A stretch of 64,000 nucleotides of DNA from the human T2T-CHM13v2.0 reference genome, Homo sapiens, in NCBI RefSeq assembly GCF_009914755.1, contig NC_060941.1, one strand, 5' to 3'. This document shows positions 21,751-35,775 of this stretch, one piece after another. The notes beneath the pieces are model-generated. The model was not told the origin of the DNA. It did not search any database and worked only from the letters and a program-made list of their open reading frames with translations. The stretch's first letter is position 1, and every line of letters begins with the position of its first letter. The translations under genes and the position numbers were made by a program.

Positions 21751-23759
21751 CAGGCTTTAAATATACATGCAAATTACTTTAAAAATACACGCAAAAGTTG
21801 TAATCCTTTAAAGGAGTATATTTTTAAATTCATAGCAGTACCTGAACTCCAAAGAGGTTTATTTTTTACTTTTCAGTGCTGAACTACTTAGAGGATGGAT
21901 ATATCCGGTAATGTCATAATTATATCACGTCTCTCAAAATCTCTTTCAAATGTGTATTTTCAAATCGCTCTGTATCAAAATGACTTAATATCCCAAAAGG
22001 GTAGAAAAAGCAAAGCATAGTAAACAGGTAGTATAATTTAATTACCTTTGCTTTCTCTCTTTAAGCATGTCTGACACAGTACATACAGGTCAATGAAATA
22101 AATCATTGATATTCCCATGGTTTTCATGGCAGTCTCTAATATCCTTTCTGATTTGATTGTATGACTAGCTTACAACCTCAGCTTCCACTGTGGCTTCATT
22201 TACTATTCCTTGGATTCAATGTTATTGTATTTACTTATTAATTTACTTATTCACCAGCAAATGTTAACCACAAAGTAGGTGCCAAACACTAGAATATTGT
22301 TTTAATACTGTGTATTTGACCTTAATTTTCTTCTAAAAACATTGGCTTTGTAGTTCCCTCTCCTGACTTGTTGCAGTTTGAACTATCTTTAGAAGGATGC
22401 TCTATCTTAATTAACTCTGCAGACCCCAACTCCATCCCATTTACCTACATCCAATGGAATCAGTCCAGTAATCTGCAAAGAGTAGATTTGGATAAAATAA
22501 GATTACACGCATATTTTAAGTGAAATTTCCATCTTCCCACCAATGTGTTTGACATGCTATTCTAATAAGTTTCAATAATCAGAGAAAGCATGTATGTATA
22601 TATAAGTCAAACTACGTTAGTAGGAAACAATTTCATGCTAAAGTTCACACAGATAGTATATTTGAAAATGTAGAATCAAATAGATATATACACTAAGGAA
22701 ATATATAAAAGTAAAAAATTATTTTCAGTTTCATAATATTGTAAACTAATATTGGTAATGTCCCTGGGTTTCCTTTGGGCAATTAGGGGAAAATTTAAGC
22801 AATTTAAGGTTCAGGTGTGTGGTGAACAAAAAGCAATGATTTGATCTGTCTTTTTGATTCAGTTATGATCTCCCCAGGATAGTTTAACTTATCCCTTTGC
22901 CTAAAAGTGAAATATTGATCCCCAAACACTAAAGGTGTTTTTTATACTGTATATTTAGTACAGAAACTTGACTTATCCCAAAATATTTTATTCCATATAC
23001 TTCCTTAAACTGAAGTACAACAAGGTCTTGTAGATAAATTAAAACAATAAAACAAAATTTAGTTTAAAAGGAAGTAATTGCCAGCTTTGAATAATAGTTT
23101 GATTATTGATTAACTCACCCAAGTTAAATGAATCACAGTTATTCCTTTTCCTCCTAAGAATCATAAATTGAAAGCCTTTGAATTAATGCTGAAATAATGA
23201 CAGCAAATTTTACTATAATGAACAGCACCTCATCATTTCTGAAGCATTTGAGACCTAGCAAAGCTCTTATATTATATGAAATAACATGCCTCGATCTTCT
23301 CTCCCTGCTATTTAAATCTGAGAATTTAAAATAATGTCAAATCAATGAGAACTACCTATTCTCACCCCAGATCAACAGCAAGTTATTTTCCCTGTTTCTT
23401 GAGTAAACTACTTCTTTGGCTCTTCTGATGAAAAAGAAAATATGATCTAAATCCTAGGAAATTGGCATTTTTCTGGTGTTTGGGGAGTTGACTACTGCTG
23501 ACTTTGACACATTCATATAACCCTTCCTTTCAGGCAGGATTTACTAACATAAACAATTTGTATTCATCCCACTGATGTTGAATTGAAATGGTTGAGTTGG
23601 AAAGAAACTCTAGCAATGAATTCACATATTATTCTCATAGGGCCAAGCAATTAAATAAGGTCCTCAGGTCAGACTTGGCTCAAAGCTTCCATGCTCTTTT
23701 TCTTGAATTCCAATGCTCTTGTGAAGCTTTCTTTTCCTAGGGTCTTAAATTCTTGTGAA

Positions 23760-24190
23760 CATTTCTTATTCTGACTTTCCGATTTTGCAAAATTTTTGAT
23801 CCCTTAACCTCAGAGTTACTTCAGGGCTCAGTCTTTAGATTTCTTCTTTCTCTATATACACTCCCTTGGGATCTTATACAATCCCAATGCCTTATATACA
23901 ATCCTGTTGTTTTAAATGCTCCCAAATTTATACCTCTATCTCATTACTCTTCTTGAACTCCGGGCTCATTTATTTAATGTCTAGTTGATATATCTACTTA
24001 CATACCTAAGAATTATCTCAAAGTGAAGCATACCCAAGATTCTATTCATAAACTGCTCCCTCAAATCTGCTATAGCCTAATTTTTTCATATCACACAGTG
24101 ATAATTCAAGCCTTCTACTTTTTCAGAACATACATTTTGGATAATTTTCAGTCCTCAATTACTCACACTTTCATTCAATTTAGCAGAAAC
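23760..24190 (+). mobile_element. L2 LINE fragment
   Basis: cagggctcagtctttag...tcccaaatttatacctcta...ttgaactccgggctcatttat, L2-like. Confidence 0.6.
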
Positions 24191-24199
24191 ACATTCATG

Positions 24200-24700
24200 A
24201 CATCACTTCAACGTACAGTATATCTAAGACAAACAATGCAGTCAAAATTGTAGCCAAGAATCACAAATGATGCTAAAATTAATGGGAAACATACGATGTA
24301 AAACTGGATATCTGTGTAACCTCAAATTCTTTCCCCCCAAAATACTTATTAATTGCAAATGGAAAAATAGTTACCTTACAGAAGAGAAATCCCATAGACA
24401 TCACCTTAACCAAGTAAAGAAATTTAACAGCACTAAAAATACTGTCATCATGTACCTCCTGATAGGACGCACTGAGGATATAATATCACTGCTCTTTCAT
24501 TCTTGCCAAAAACACACAACTGAAATTTAACCTGAAGAACAACTGAACAAACTGAAGTTGAAAGACATTTATAAACAGGTAATTCTTCAAATGTATTAAG
24601 GTCATGAAAGACGGGGGAAGACTCAGAAACTTTCCAGACTGAGGAAGATGAAGACGTGACAACTGAGTGCAGTGTAAAATTCTGTTAGCTTCTTAGGCAG
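24200..24700 (+). mobile_element. L1MC-type 3' end fragment
   Basis: aatagttaccttacagaagagaaatcccatagacatcaccttaaccaag motif. Confidence 0.6.
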
Positions 24701-26111
24701 AGAACTTTATCCCTTTTAGTGCTATCTTCGTTCAGATTACGGTTTCAGTGCTATTGTTTCCACAACTGCAAAGGCTGATCAATGTACGTCCTTAATCAAA
24801 GATAGTTCTCTCCCTAAAAGGAATTCTGGTGCAAGCTCTTTAAAATAAGAGACATGCTTTGCTACACAAGTAAAAAATTGTAGTACAAGGAATTCTGGGA
24901 ATGCTTTTGATACCATATTTCTTGGGAGCACCAACAGGGCATGTATAGGTACCTATGTCTAACTTCATCTTCCAAGTGAGTCAAGCTGCCCAAATTACTG
25001 TAAACGCCTCCTTAGAAGATTGTGTCCCTCAAATGTAGCCCTTATCGCACGGACCTTGATAATTAATTATGGTACTCATCTTTGTGAAGAAAGATACCTG
25101 CTTTTAAAAAAAGATATCAACGTATATAGAAAATCACATTTTTAAATTGATGTCACACAAATCTGTGCTGTAAAGTAGTTAACCCCTTTTACACGAAAAA
25201 GTAATTAACTGTTAATCAAAATTAAGTAAGCAAACATCAGGACTGGCTTGTTTTGCTCCAGTTCTAAGAGATTGTTTCCTTTGACAACCTGTAATGGTAT
25301 TTTTTACAATTCTACCTGAGCCACAGGTCAATCTGAGGATTGAGATATAGAAGATTTTCTGAAGACATAATAGACACTTGAAATTACAAATTATTCATTA
25401 TGAGACTCTTCACAGCATGCATTATCTCATTTGAACCATGGTGGGATTGTTCTATTCAGGAAGATCAAATATTTGGATTATACCAAAGAAAGCAATGCTT
25501 AAAATAAAAATAATTTAAAACCATGGCTTTTAAAGCTGTATTCAGAGCTGATAACAAGAGCACACAGCCCCAGAGACCCCAAATTCAAATTAAGAATATT
25601 ACTTTTATTGCACTATGAACTATATTTTCTTGCTCAAGCTGAGACATTCAGCAGCTAACAATATTACTGTTAAGCATATATTAAACAAAAAACTAGGGTA
25701 TGGTATTTCCTTGTGCAGACACCAAAATGGAGACTACAATGTAATCACATTGCATTTCCTAGTGGTATCACAGAGAAATGGACAAAGAGCAAAAATAAGT
25801 GTAGCTAAAACCTGTAGATAAACCATAGAGCTATCTCTAGCATAAACAGAACTTAATATAACACATCTCTGCAACAATCAGCATTGCCTTAGGAGGATAA
25901 CACCACAAGCTGTTTTATCTGCCATAAAGAGAGTACTGCGGAAGTTAATAAATGCAATACAGAATTATTTGCAAGCAAGAAAAAGTAGAAGTTAGTTAAA
26001 TGAACAAGTGATTATATAGTTAGAGAATTGGGTTCAAGAAATAATACTGACTACACAGTGAATAGGTGGTCAGATTTGTTAGAAAACATAAGCTTTTAAA
26101 TACAAGCCCCT

Positions 26112-26210
26112 TGAAGATGACCTGAGCCCAGGATGTCGAGGCTGCAGTGAGCAATGATTGTGTCAATTTACTCCAGCCTGGCTGACACAGTAAGATCCTG
26201 TCTCAAAAAA
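26112..26210 (+). mobile_element. Alu right-arm fragment (AluJ/FRAM)
   Basis: tgagcccaggatgtcgaggctgcagtgagc...cctgtctcaaaaaa. Confidence 0.8.
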
Positions 26211-26574
26211 CTATAGATATAGTCTCTCTAAGATAATATTTCCAACTCATTCATTCATGACACCATTGACCTTATGTCGAATTTCTCATATTCGTGAAGA
26301 GCATTATGTATATTTTCTGTTTGCATTTGTAATTTTTAAAAATACTTCAGAATATATGGTATCATGGTCTATTATGGCTATAAGTTACATAAACATAGAA
26401 TCATCTTCATCATCTATTGGGGGAAGTTTTCTTTGAAATGCAACCAAAGTCTTCCTGGGTTCTATGTCACACATAGATATCTAATTTGGTATGAAGGACT
26501 CTGTTAAAACATCCTTTCGTCTTGCCACTCAGTAGTAATCTAAACTCGTTATTCTGAGGATATAGTTCACTACA

Positions 26575-26795
26575 ATGGGAAGGAGCATATTTACGTACTG
26601 GAGTCAGGCAAATCAGTGTGAATCCTACCTCACCACTTTTGAGCTAAGTTTAATCAGTGTCTTACCCTCACTGATACACACTCCCATCACCATTTCCTCT
26701 ACTGTGAAATGAATAAATTGCCATCCCCCATTCCTGGCTGCCCTGAGAATTAAAAGATAATGTACAAAGGGCCTGGCACATAGAAAGGATTTGGT
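26575..26795 (+). mobile_element. MIR SINE
   Basis: tggagtcaggc...gaatcctacctcaccactt...gagaattaaaagataatgtacaaagggcctggcacatag. Confidence 0.65.
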
Positions 26796-27879
26796 AAATT
26801 TTCTTTCCTTTTCCTTCTCTTGTCCTTAAAAATATACAACATGAAATGAAGTATGATCTAGCCACACTGTTGAATTAAATTTTCTTGCAGCAAATCTTGT
26901 ATGCTTTGCTTTATTTTCTACCTGAGAACTCTGCAAATTAAAAAGCAAGTAAATGACTGACTTGTAAAGAAGACACCAACCAATAACCTTTAAATTTTGT
27001 ATCATCTAGAATAAAAAAGTCACAGTTTATTTTCCAAATATGTAACAAAAAGTAGGATGTTCTGTGATGTTCAAACTTTGTCTGTAGCAATTTAGGAACT
27101 TGTTTATAAATTTGGTGCATGGCTACATCTCCCAAGCTGCTCAGGAAGTCTTGATGATGATGATAGTTTAATATACCTTCTTTCCAAAATATTACTTAAA
27201 ATCAGAAAAAAATACTGGAAAATGAAATTTATTGTATCTTTTTAGCTTAAGAATCACATATCTGATGAAGCCAGGCTCTATTCAAACTAAGTAAAGCAAA
27301 TTTTTTGTGGATGAGTGGGTAGTGGGTCCCATGTTTCTATGTTGTGATTATCCCAAAAGGAGAGTATATCACACAAATGTTATTCATTGAAGGAGTAGCG
27401 AGAGAGAGATAAATGATGATGATCAGTACTTTTATACATCCTCCTTTCTTGTGATCAAATGAATAGGAAAGGTCAGTGTGTGCTTCATTCATATGGGAAC
27501 ATCTTTAAAGTTTGAGTTAACATGATTAAATATAGTTAAATTCAACACCAGCTTAAATAAATATTTCCTCAACACCTACTATGAAACAGCAATATTCTAG
27601 ACACTTTGAATATAGAGCTGATGCGCTATAGTCCTTGTCCTTGGAGAGCTCCAAGTATACGTGAGCAAAAGCTTAAGACAGAAACGTCAAATCATTGTTT
27701 CAATTCTAGCCATGTGATCTAAAGGTTAGTGTCACATTTTTTTAAAAGCTTAGTAATAGATTTTATTATTTTAAATATAAATGTAAGTGAAAAGAGTAAA
27801 TGACAACACAAATGCCAAACACAATTCTATAAAAAAAGCTTTTATTTTCTATCACTTTATCCATAAATTTGGCAATGTG

Positions 27880-29130
27880 TATTTCAAAAGTTAATTACTC
27901 TTTTTTGATAAAACAACCGCAATACCGTTGTCACATTTAATAATATTAACACTTATTTCTTGGCCTCATCCATTGGTTATTCACTGTCATTCTCTTTCAC
28001 AATTTGTTCTTTATAATCAGATTCAAAGTAAAATGCGTATGTTTTGAGTGGTTGGTAGCTCTTCAGTCTACAGATGTCCCCCTTCTTCTCTCTCTCTTTC
28101 TCCTTCTCTGTCATTTATCTGTTAAAGAAACCAAGTTGTTTTGTCTGTTATAGTTTTCCACATTCTGGAATTTTCTTTTTACATCCCTTTGCTGGTGTTT
28201 AACTTTACTGTCTATTCTCTGTATTTAATACTCCATGTAAATTAAATCTAGAAGATTGGTCATATTCATGTTTACTTATTTATTCATTTTTGGCAAAGAG
28301 ATTTCATAGGCAGTGCTGTGTCCCTTTTTCAGAAGCTATACATGCCTGTTTGTTTCCCTTTTTGTGATACTCGCAGTTGTTGATAAATGCCTAGATCCGT
28401 TCATTCATTAGGGCTTTTGTGAAATGATGATATTTTAATTTTATCATTCTTTCTTCCTTTCTTAGCTAGAATATTTCTATAAAGAGAAAATCTCCTAATG
28501 TACCGTTTTGTTTTCCAGTGAATAATACACATAAAAAGCCAGAAAAAATTCTTGACAGTTTCACTTTCTTGCTTATTTTAAAATAATAAGTGAAATAAAT
28601 ATTAATGAATTCCACCTCACCTTCTTTTTATTATCTTTATAGTCTCATGGGGTTTCATACATCAGGTGTGTTTTATCCTTTAGGTTTATTTTATTCATTG
28701 ATGGTCACTTTGTCCCATTGTTGGCCAGTGGAAGCATCCCCAGGGCTCATTAAGTCCTTTTAATACAATAATAGCATATGCACTAGGATAGCCCCTGTGC
28801 ATTCTGGCTGTTACAAAATAATCCAGGCTAACCTTGTACATTTGTTGTGCCAGGCCTCCAATGAGCTCTGGTTCATTTTAGTGGAGAATGATATTTAGAA
28901 ACCATAGTATGTGCACTAGGGTTGCTTATTCTACTTAGTTGATAAGTACTACTAAATAATTTCAGCACATAGAGTTAAGAAATTTGTTTTTCCTCATAAT
29001 CTTAAAATATACTAGGGTTACAGGGTTATACATTCTTGCTGATCCTTTCAAATCAGATTCAGAACTTAACCTCATTTATCAGATTTACATTTCCCTTTTC
29101 TTCTGAGAAATTCTAATTTTTGATATTCCT
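27880..29130 (-). mobile_element. Ancient L1M (MC/ME) 3' end fragment
   Basis: Diverged antisense L1M 3' motifs (ttgtcccattgttggccagtggaagc; gagctctggttcattttagtggagaatgatatttagaaacc). Confidence 0.55.
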
Positions 29131-29192
29131 AAGAATGGAGAAATCCAGACTTATTTTACTCTTGTAAACAACTTTCTACAATGCAATAGTTT

Positions 29193-30703
29193 ATTTTTTT
29201 AACTTTTATTTTAGGTTCAGGGGTACATGTGCAGGTTTCTTATATAAGTAAATTGCATGTCACAGGGGGTTGGTATACAGATTATTTTATCACCCAGGTA
29301 ATAAACCGCCCTCCACCCTCAAGTAGGCACTAGTGTCTGTTGTTCCCTTCTTTGTGTCCATGTGTAAGCAATGGTTAGCTCTGACTTATAAGTCAGAACA
29401 TGTGGCATTTGCTTTTCTGTTCCTGCATTAGTTTGCTTAAGATACTGACCTCCAGCTCCATCCATGTTTCTACAAAGAACATGATTCATGCTTTTTATGG
29501 CTGCATAGTATTCCATGATGTATATGTACCACATATTCTTTACCAAGTCTATTATTGATGGCCGTTTAGGTTGATGCCATGTCTTGGCTATTGTCAATAC
29601 TGCTGCAATAAACATACAAATGCATATATCTTTATGGTAGAACAATTTATATCCCTTTGAGTATGTACTAAATAATAGGATCTCTGTTGAATTTCTGTTT
29701 TCAGTTCTTTGAGAAATTGCCAAATTGCTTTCCTCAATGGCTGAACTAATTTACATTCCCACAAGTAGTGTATAAGCATTCTCTTTCTCTGCAACCTTTC
29801 CAGTAGCTGTTATTTTTTACTTTTTAATAATAGCCATTCAGATGGGTATGAGATGGTATCTCATTGTGGCTTTGATTTACATTTCTCTAATGATTTGTGA
29901 TGTTGAGCATTTCTTCATATGCTTGTTGGCCACTTGTATGCCTTCTTTTGAAAAATGTCTGTTCATGTCTCTTGCCTACCTTTTAATGTGGTTGTTTGTT
30001 TTTTGATTCTTCGTTTGTTTAAGTTCCAGATAGATCCTGGATATTAGACCTTTCTTGGATGTATAGTTGTCACATATTTCTCCATTCTATAGATTGTCTT
30101 TTTACTCTGTTGAGAGTTTCTTTTGCTGTGCAGAAGCTCTTTAGTTTAAATAGGCCCCATTTGTCAATTTTTGTTTTTGATGCATTTGCTTTGGGCATCT
30201 TCATCATGAAATCTTTGTCAGGGCCTGTTTCTAGAATGCTATTCCCAGGTCATCTTCCAGGGTGTTTATAGTTTTAGGTTTTACGTTTAAGTTTTTAATC
30301 CATCTTAAGTTGATTTTTTGTTTATGGTATAAGAAAGGGATCCAGTTTCAATTTTCTGCATATAGCTAGCCAGTTATCCCACTACCATTCATTGAACAGG
30401 GAGTCCTTTTCCCATTGCTTGTTTTTGTCAAATTTGTTGAAGATCAGATGGTTGTAGGTATGCAGATTTATTTCTCAGCTCTATTCTGTTCCATTGGTCT
30501 ATTTGTCTGTTTTTGTGCCAGTATCAGGTTCTTTTGGTTACTGTAGCCTAGTAGAATAGTTTGAAGTCAGGTGATGTCTTCAGCTTTGTTCTTTTTGCTT
30601 AAGATTGCTTTGTCTAGTCCGGCTCTTTTTGTTTCCATATGAATTTTTAAATTTTTTTTCTAATTCTATGATGAATATCATTATAGTTTAATAGGAATAG
30701 CAT
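29193..30703 (-). mobile_element. 5'-truncated L1PA15/16-like element
   Basis: ttttaacttttattttaggttcaggggtacatgtgcagg 3' end; ORF2 C-terminal-like peptides at 29319-29794. Confidence 0.85.
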
Positions 30704-30809
30704 ACACTGCAAGAGTGTCTTATTGCAATTTTAGTGGAACAGAATTTGCATGGCTCTAAATTCTACTATAATGAACAAAAATAATGAATAAACATTTACC
30801 TTGTAATAT

Positions 30810-30960
30810 TATTTAAAATTTACAACAACCCTATGCAAAACAATTATTTTTCTGTTTACAAGTGAAAAAAATTAGAGCTCAGAAAGGTTGAGTAATTTAC
30901 ACAAGGTAACATAGTTTTTAATGGGGATCTTGGTCACTGATTTGTCTGACACAAAAAGCC
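30810..30960 (-). mobile_element. MIR SINE
   Basis: acaacaaccctatg...gagctcagaaaggttgagtaatttacacaaggtaacatag core. Confidence 0.65.
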
Positions 30961-32339
30961 ACAGAATTAACCAACTATTAATGATTATGCTATGGTAACT
31001 GTTTAATTAATAGCACTCACCTTCTGCTATAATTATCAACTGAGCCAAGCTTATTAGCTAGAATCCTGGTGGCAGTTAGAAAAAGTAAATTGTACGTAAA
31101 TGGCTAAGACCCTGTGGTCTATTATTTCACACATGCTATCTAATTATATATGCATGTGTATATAACATGCAGGCCAGACCTGAGTAAAGTCAATAAAATT
31201 TAGCTTGCGGGATCACATCAATTGTTTGACTGTAGGCTCTTTAAGCAATACTAAAAATCCCCCTGATCTGATATGACATCTGGCGTGTCCCTCAGAGGAA
31301 ACATAGTAGTCTCCCAGGCTGTGCTTTTAAAGGCAATTAGTAGGTTTACAAATTCTATTTTTACATTTTGTATTAAAAGTATAGTTTGGATTTTGCATTC
31401 CAGAAATTGTTTGAATACTGCAATGCAGCAGATTTCATTGGTTTTAAAGTTTTAGGGAAGAAACAATAATGTTCACTTTCAATATGATTTTGAAGTGTGT
31501 TTCAGCAGAAATTATAAATGTTCAGGGTACTCTCCTAAAGGTATCACAGTAAGCATTTAAACTGAATAGATGCTATTGGTACCCCTGTAACATAATGAAA
31601 AATGGGCAGCCACCATCTGACCGCAACAGAGAATCTGACTCTTCCCCTTCCATTAGCCTCTGGGAAAAATGGTATGATCGCCTCCAACAGATCAGAGAGG
31701 GTTGGTTATGGTCGTATCTTTAAGAGTGAAATTTTCAACTCCTAAGACAATGAGAGGTCTGACCATGAGTCCTTCTCCACCCTCCAGACGTGGGACCACA
31801 CAAGGACTTCCCTGCTACTGAGGGACAAGTTCCCAGTGGCCGGCCGCTTATTGCACCTATCTCCAGCATTCCTTATGAAAAAATTACTTGTACCAGTCTA
31901 TGAAAATGAATCATAAAGCTAGTGTGACTGCAACTATTAGATACATTCCATTCCATGAATAACACTATTTTATATGAAGGTTTGAGGTTAAAAGGGAAAA
32001 AATAGGCAAGGATTATGAAAATACAACTTTCTGTCATAGATTTCAGCAGGTGTCTTCTTACAATACAGGACATGTTTTTATTACGAAAACAAAGAAAGGG
32101 TGCTGCCATAGTAGAATTCCACTGCAGAGGATGAATATACTGCTGGGTCCATTTGGTTGTATCGTAGTTCAATAACGCTATGTGTATGTGTGTGTGTATG
32201 TGTCTGTTAGGAATTAGGAGAGACAGATTAAGGATCAGTTTTAACGATGCATTTCAGCTTTTTGGTTTAGACAACTTACCATGCTTTTCACTCTAGAAAC
32301 ACTTTAAGGTAGTTACAAGATTTCTCTACTTTACATTTT

Positions 32340-32560
32340 ATATCAGTCTTAATAAATGTGATATGCTTTCACATGCAGTATATTATTTAAGCTTCACAAC
32401 AATTGGTGTGAGGAAAGCATTATTGTAATCCCCAATTTACAGACGGAAAGTTGTGGCTCAGGAAGATTAAGTTAGTTTGCAAAAGTGGCACAGCTAGTAA
32501 GAGTGAGAGCTAAGATTTAAATAAGACATTTTGGTTCTTACAAGCCCATGCACTACTTAA
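32340..32560 (-). mobile_element. MIR SINE
   Basis: ccccaatttacagacggaaagttgtggctcaggaagattaag...cacagctagtaag core. Confidence 0.7.
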
Positions 32561-33699
32561 CCTTCATGCAGAGTAGAGTACAAAGGCTCAGAGAAGATAC
32601 ATCATTTACCTTAAGTCAGTTATAGCAAAGGCTCAATTCCAGATAATTTTGAATCCAAAACCAGTGTTTTTTTCACTATAGCAAGGAGTTCCATAGATAG
32701 CACAGAATAAATATATGAAATAATTTCATTTACAGCACCACTTACATACTTTATATTTACAGCACACTTCGTAACATATAGATTAATACAGCACCAAGTG
32801 ATGACAAAAAACACTAAAATAAGGCAAATTAAATTAAAAATGCAATTTTAATGGGATTAAACAGAGGATGCTTTCAGTAGAAAGGCAGTTTTGACACAAA
32901 ACAGAAGAACAAAGAAAAAGAAGAAAGTGCGTTCTAGATAATATTTTTAATATTACATTCAAGAGCACTGGAGAAGCTGTCCTAAAATGGAGAGGCAGGA
33001 AACTATCTAAAGTATTATGGTAATGTTTCTGGATAGAATATTCAGTGGATCTTGAAGAAATAGAAAATTGCCTTAGAAAAGTTTTCATTTTATTGGAATT
33101 ACAAAATCTCCTATATATAGCTTTACCTAATTTCACTTAAAACTTTTCTAAGTAACAGGAGAACTCTTTAAGATAAAAGGTGTCAGGGTCACCTAACACA
33201 CATTTGCAGTATGCTCTTCTAAGAGGAGGTGTGGTTGTGCTATTCTTATTGCCTCTAAGAAAAATAAGATCTGTACAAGGTTAAATTGAGGTGAGCTCAC
33301 TCTTAAAGAGATTTTAAATTTCACCTGGAAATAGAAATGTTAAATTTTCGAATATGCTCCTACATAGATGACACAAGCTATACCCATTTCAATTAGGAAC
33401 TGGAGAACCAGAGTCTGCAGGCAGTGTATGCTCAGATAAATGATATTGATTCTATGTATATTGGCTACATTTCTTCTTGCTTACATAACTACATGTTTCT
33501 GGCCAACTTGAATGTCAACCTCACTTTTTCCACTTATGACCTATTTCTTGCTAGCAACTCCATTCCCATGCTCCATGATTCTGTCTGTGGCCTTGTATAT
33601 CCCCAGATTTATTCAAATTGCCCATTTTTCATGATTTACACGTTCAGTCCTCTCATCTTGAGCTGCATCTTCCTATACAGCTTCTCGAGAAACATTAGA

Positions 33700-33885
33700 T
33701 TTTTTCTTTCTTCTTTCTTTCTTTTCTTTCTTCTTTTCTTTTCCTTTCCTTTCCTCTCTCTTACCTTCGTTCCTTCCTTCCTTTCCTCTCTCTCTTTCCT
33801 TCCTTTCCTCTCTCTCTTTCCTTCCCTCCCTCCCTCCCTCCTTCCTTCCTTTCTTCCTTCCTTCCTTCTTTCTCTCTCTCTCTCT
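33700..33885. repeat. Polypyrimidine (CTTT/CCTT/CT)n tract
   Basis: About 185 bp almost free of purines, at the tail of an Alu monomer. Confidence 0.9.
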
Positions 33886-34039
33886 AATTTTGAGAAAGGG
33901 TCTTACTCTGTCACCCAGACTGGGGTGCTATGATGCGATTATAACTCACTGCAGCCTTGAACTCCTGGGCCCAAGCAATCCTCCTGCCTCAGCCTCTGAA
34001 AGTGCTGGGATTACAGGTGTAAGCTACTGTATCCAGCTT
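33886..34039 (-). mobile_element. Alu monomer (FAM/FRAM-like)
   Basis: ~150-bp antisense monomer: gggtcttactctgtcaccc...gtgctgggattacaggtgtaagc. Confidence 0.8.
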
Positions 34040-35775
34040 AGGCATCCATTTTTGCCATTCCCCCAGCTTGGTTCTATATTCATTCTTCTCTTTACAAAGC
34101 TGATTACATTGAAAGATTACCAGATACTCCTCCCAGAAAAGTGGAAGAAGGGATCTGTGTGTGTTTTGGATGATAAGGTAGGAAATCCCGAACTGGACTT
34201 GGAAACAAAGGATCCTATGCTAATAAGCAGAGGACCACAAAATAAAAAAGTTTTCAGTGGAAACTGAGGTAATCTAGAAAGGTAATCTAGAAAGAGATAA
34301 TCTAGACACAAAGCCATGTGATGGAAATAAGAAAACAATATTAAATCAAGAGTATCAATCCATTGATCCATCTACTTATTCATTCCACTTATCATGTACA
34401 AGATACTATTCAAGGAATCTTGGAGATTCTTTCTGAAATTCTGACTACTATACCTCACCACCTTGAATAATACCTGGCACCTTGTGGGCACTGTCAGCCA
34501 GATCTTGTTGCTCCATTACCCAAAATCTCAAAGTCTTCCCATTAACCCATAGTCTAGTTTATGACAAAATGATTCAAAGTAAGGACTGGAAAGTATAAAT
34601 GGAAAAATAAAATCTTACTTAAACAAGGCTATCATGTTTAAGTGGCTGTCTAAAGCAGTGATTTTTACAGCTCGTTCCCAGTTGTGGTTTAGGTGCAGAA
34701 ATTGCAACATATAAGGTTCCATGCAAGATGAACAACAGTGACAATGTTTATGTAGAAGCATTTTTTAAATAAAATGCTATACAAGTGGAAGCTATTAACA
34801 TGCAGAACCAGCCAACTCCTTTGTGTCTTATTTTTCTTATCTTTCCCTATTGATAGCATTTATTGTTCACTTTAAAATAAAAATCTGTCACAATGTGACA
34901 GGCTCTATAGGGCAGCTCAGAAAAATATTAGAATGCTGATGGTCATAGTGCAAGCTTTCATTCTAGCTTATATGTCATTCTCTGAATCTCTGTTATGAAC
35001 AGAATTGGAAAATTCAGGACTGAATTTGTTTTTGCTTTTGCTTTTTTCAAATGTTAACAGGGTATCCTTCTCAAGGACCTTGTCAAGTTATTCTCTCAAG
35101 CTTTGGTTTGGATTCTGAATATTGAATTCAGGAAATTAAGTCCTCCTTCTCTTTTTGTTAAGAGATTTAGCCTTGTCAACTTTTCCATTAAGTGGCAACT
35201 CAAGGTTCAGAGATCAGAGAGTGAGCCTTCTCAGCAGGAGGGCTTAATAAGATTAGAAAAAGTAAGACTCTTTCAACACTGGCAAAAGTAGGAAGGTAAT
35301 TATCTCATGAAGTCAATCAGTATACATAATCATTGCAGATTATTTAGACAAAATAGCCTCTCTGTCTTTACATTAGGGATTTTTGCAAGAAATACTAATG
35401 CCGTTTTATTTTATTTGGTCAACATAAGCCCAGTCTCAACAGTAGATATCCAAATGTTTAAAACATCTTGATATTTTAACATTGCATGACACCTGACTTT
35501 GGGTTAGACAGATGTTCCATTAAGACTTCCAGGAGACCAGCAAGTTATTTGAATCCTCAATTATTGTTTAGTTTAGCACACTTATTTCCCTCTCTCCACA
35601 TATTTTTAATAATCTAAGATTGGTTTGGCAGTTTTATTATGTGTATCTTCAGCTTTGCCAGATTCACTTAGAGATAAGCATGAAATATGGTATAAACAAA
35701 TATAATTCTTACACCTTGCATAAATTTCTTGTGTGTGATACCGAAAAGCAGATGTAAGGGAAAAACACGTCTTAA

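Noticed and set aside
25316-25358. Possible 43-nt minus-strand exon (tcttcag ... CAG|GTAGAA)
   Set aside because: Weak donor, unrecognised peptide and no partner exons
33424-34267. 169-aa and 125-aa ORFs resembling membrane proteins
   Set aside because: They run through the CT tract and the Alu monomer; low-complexity artefacts
34268-34307. Three copies of taatctaga within a ~13-bp tandem unit
   Set aside because: Ordinary slippage duplication with nothing further to support a function
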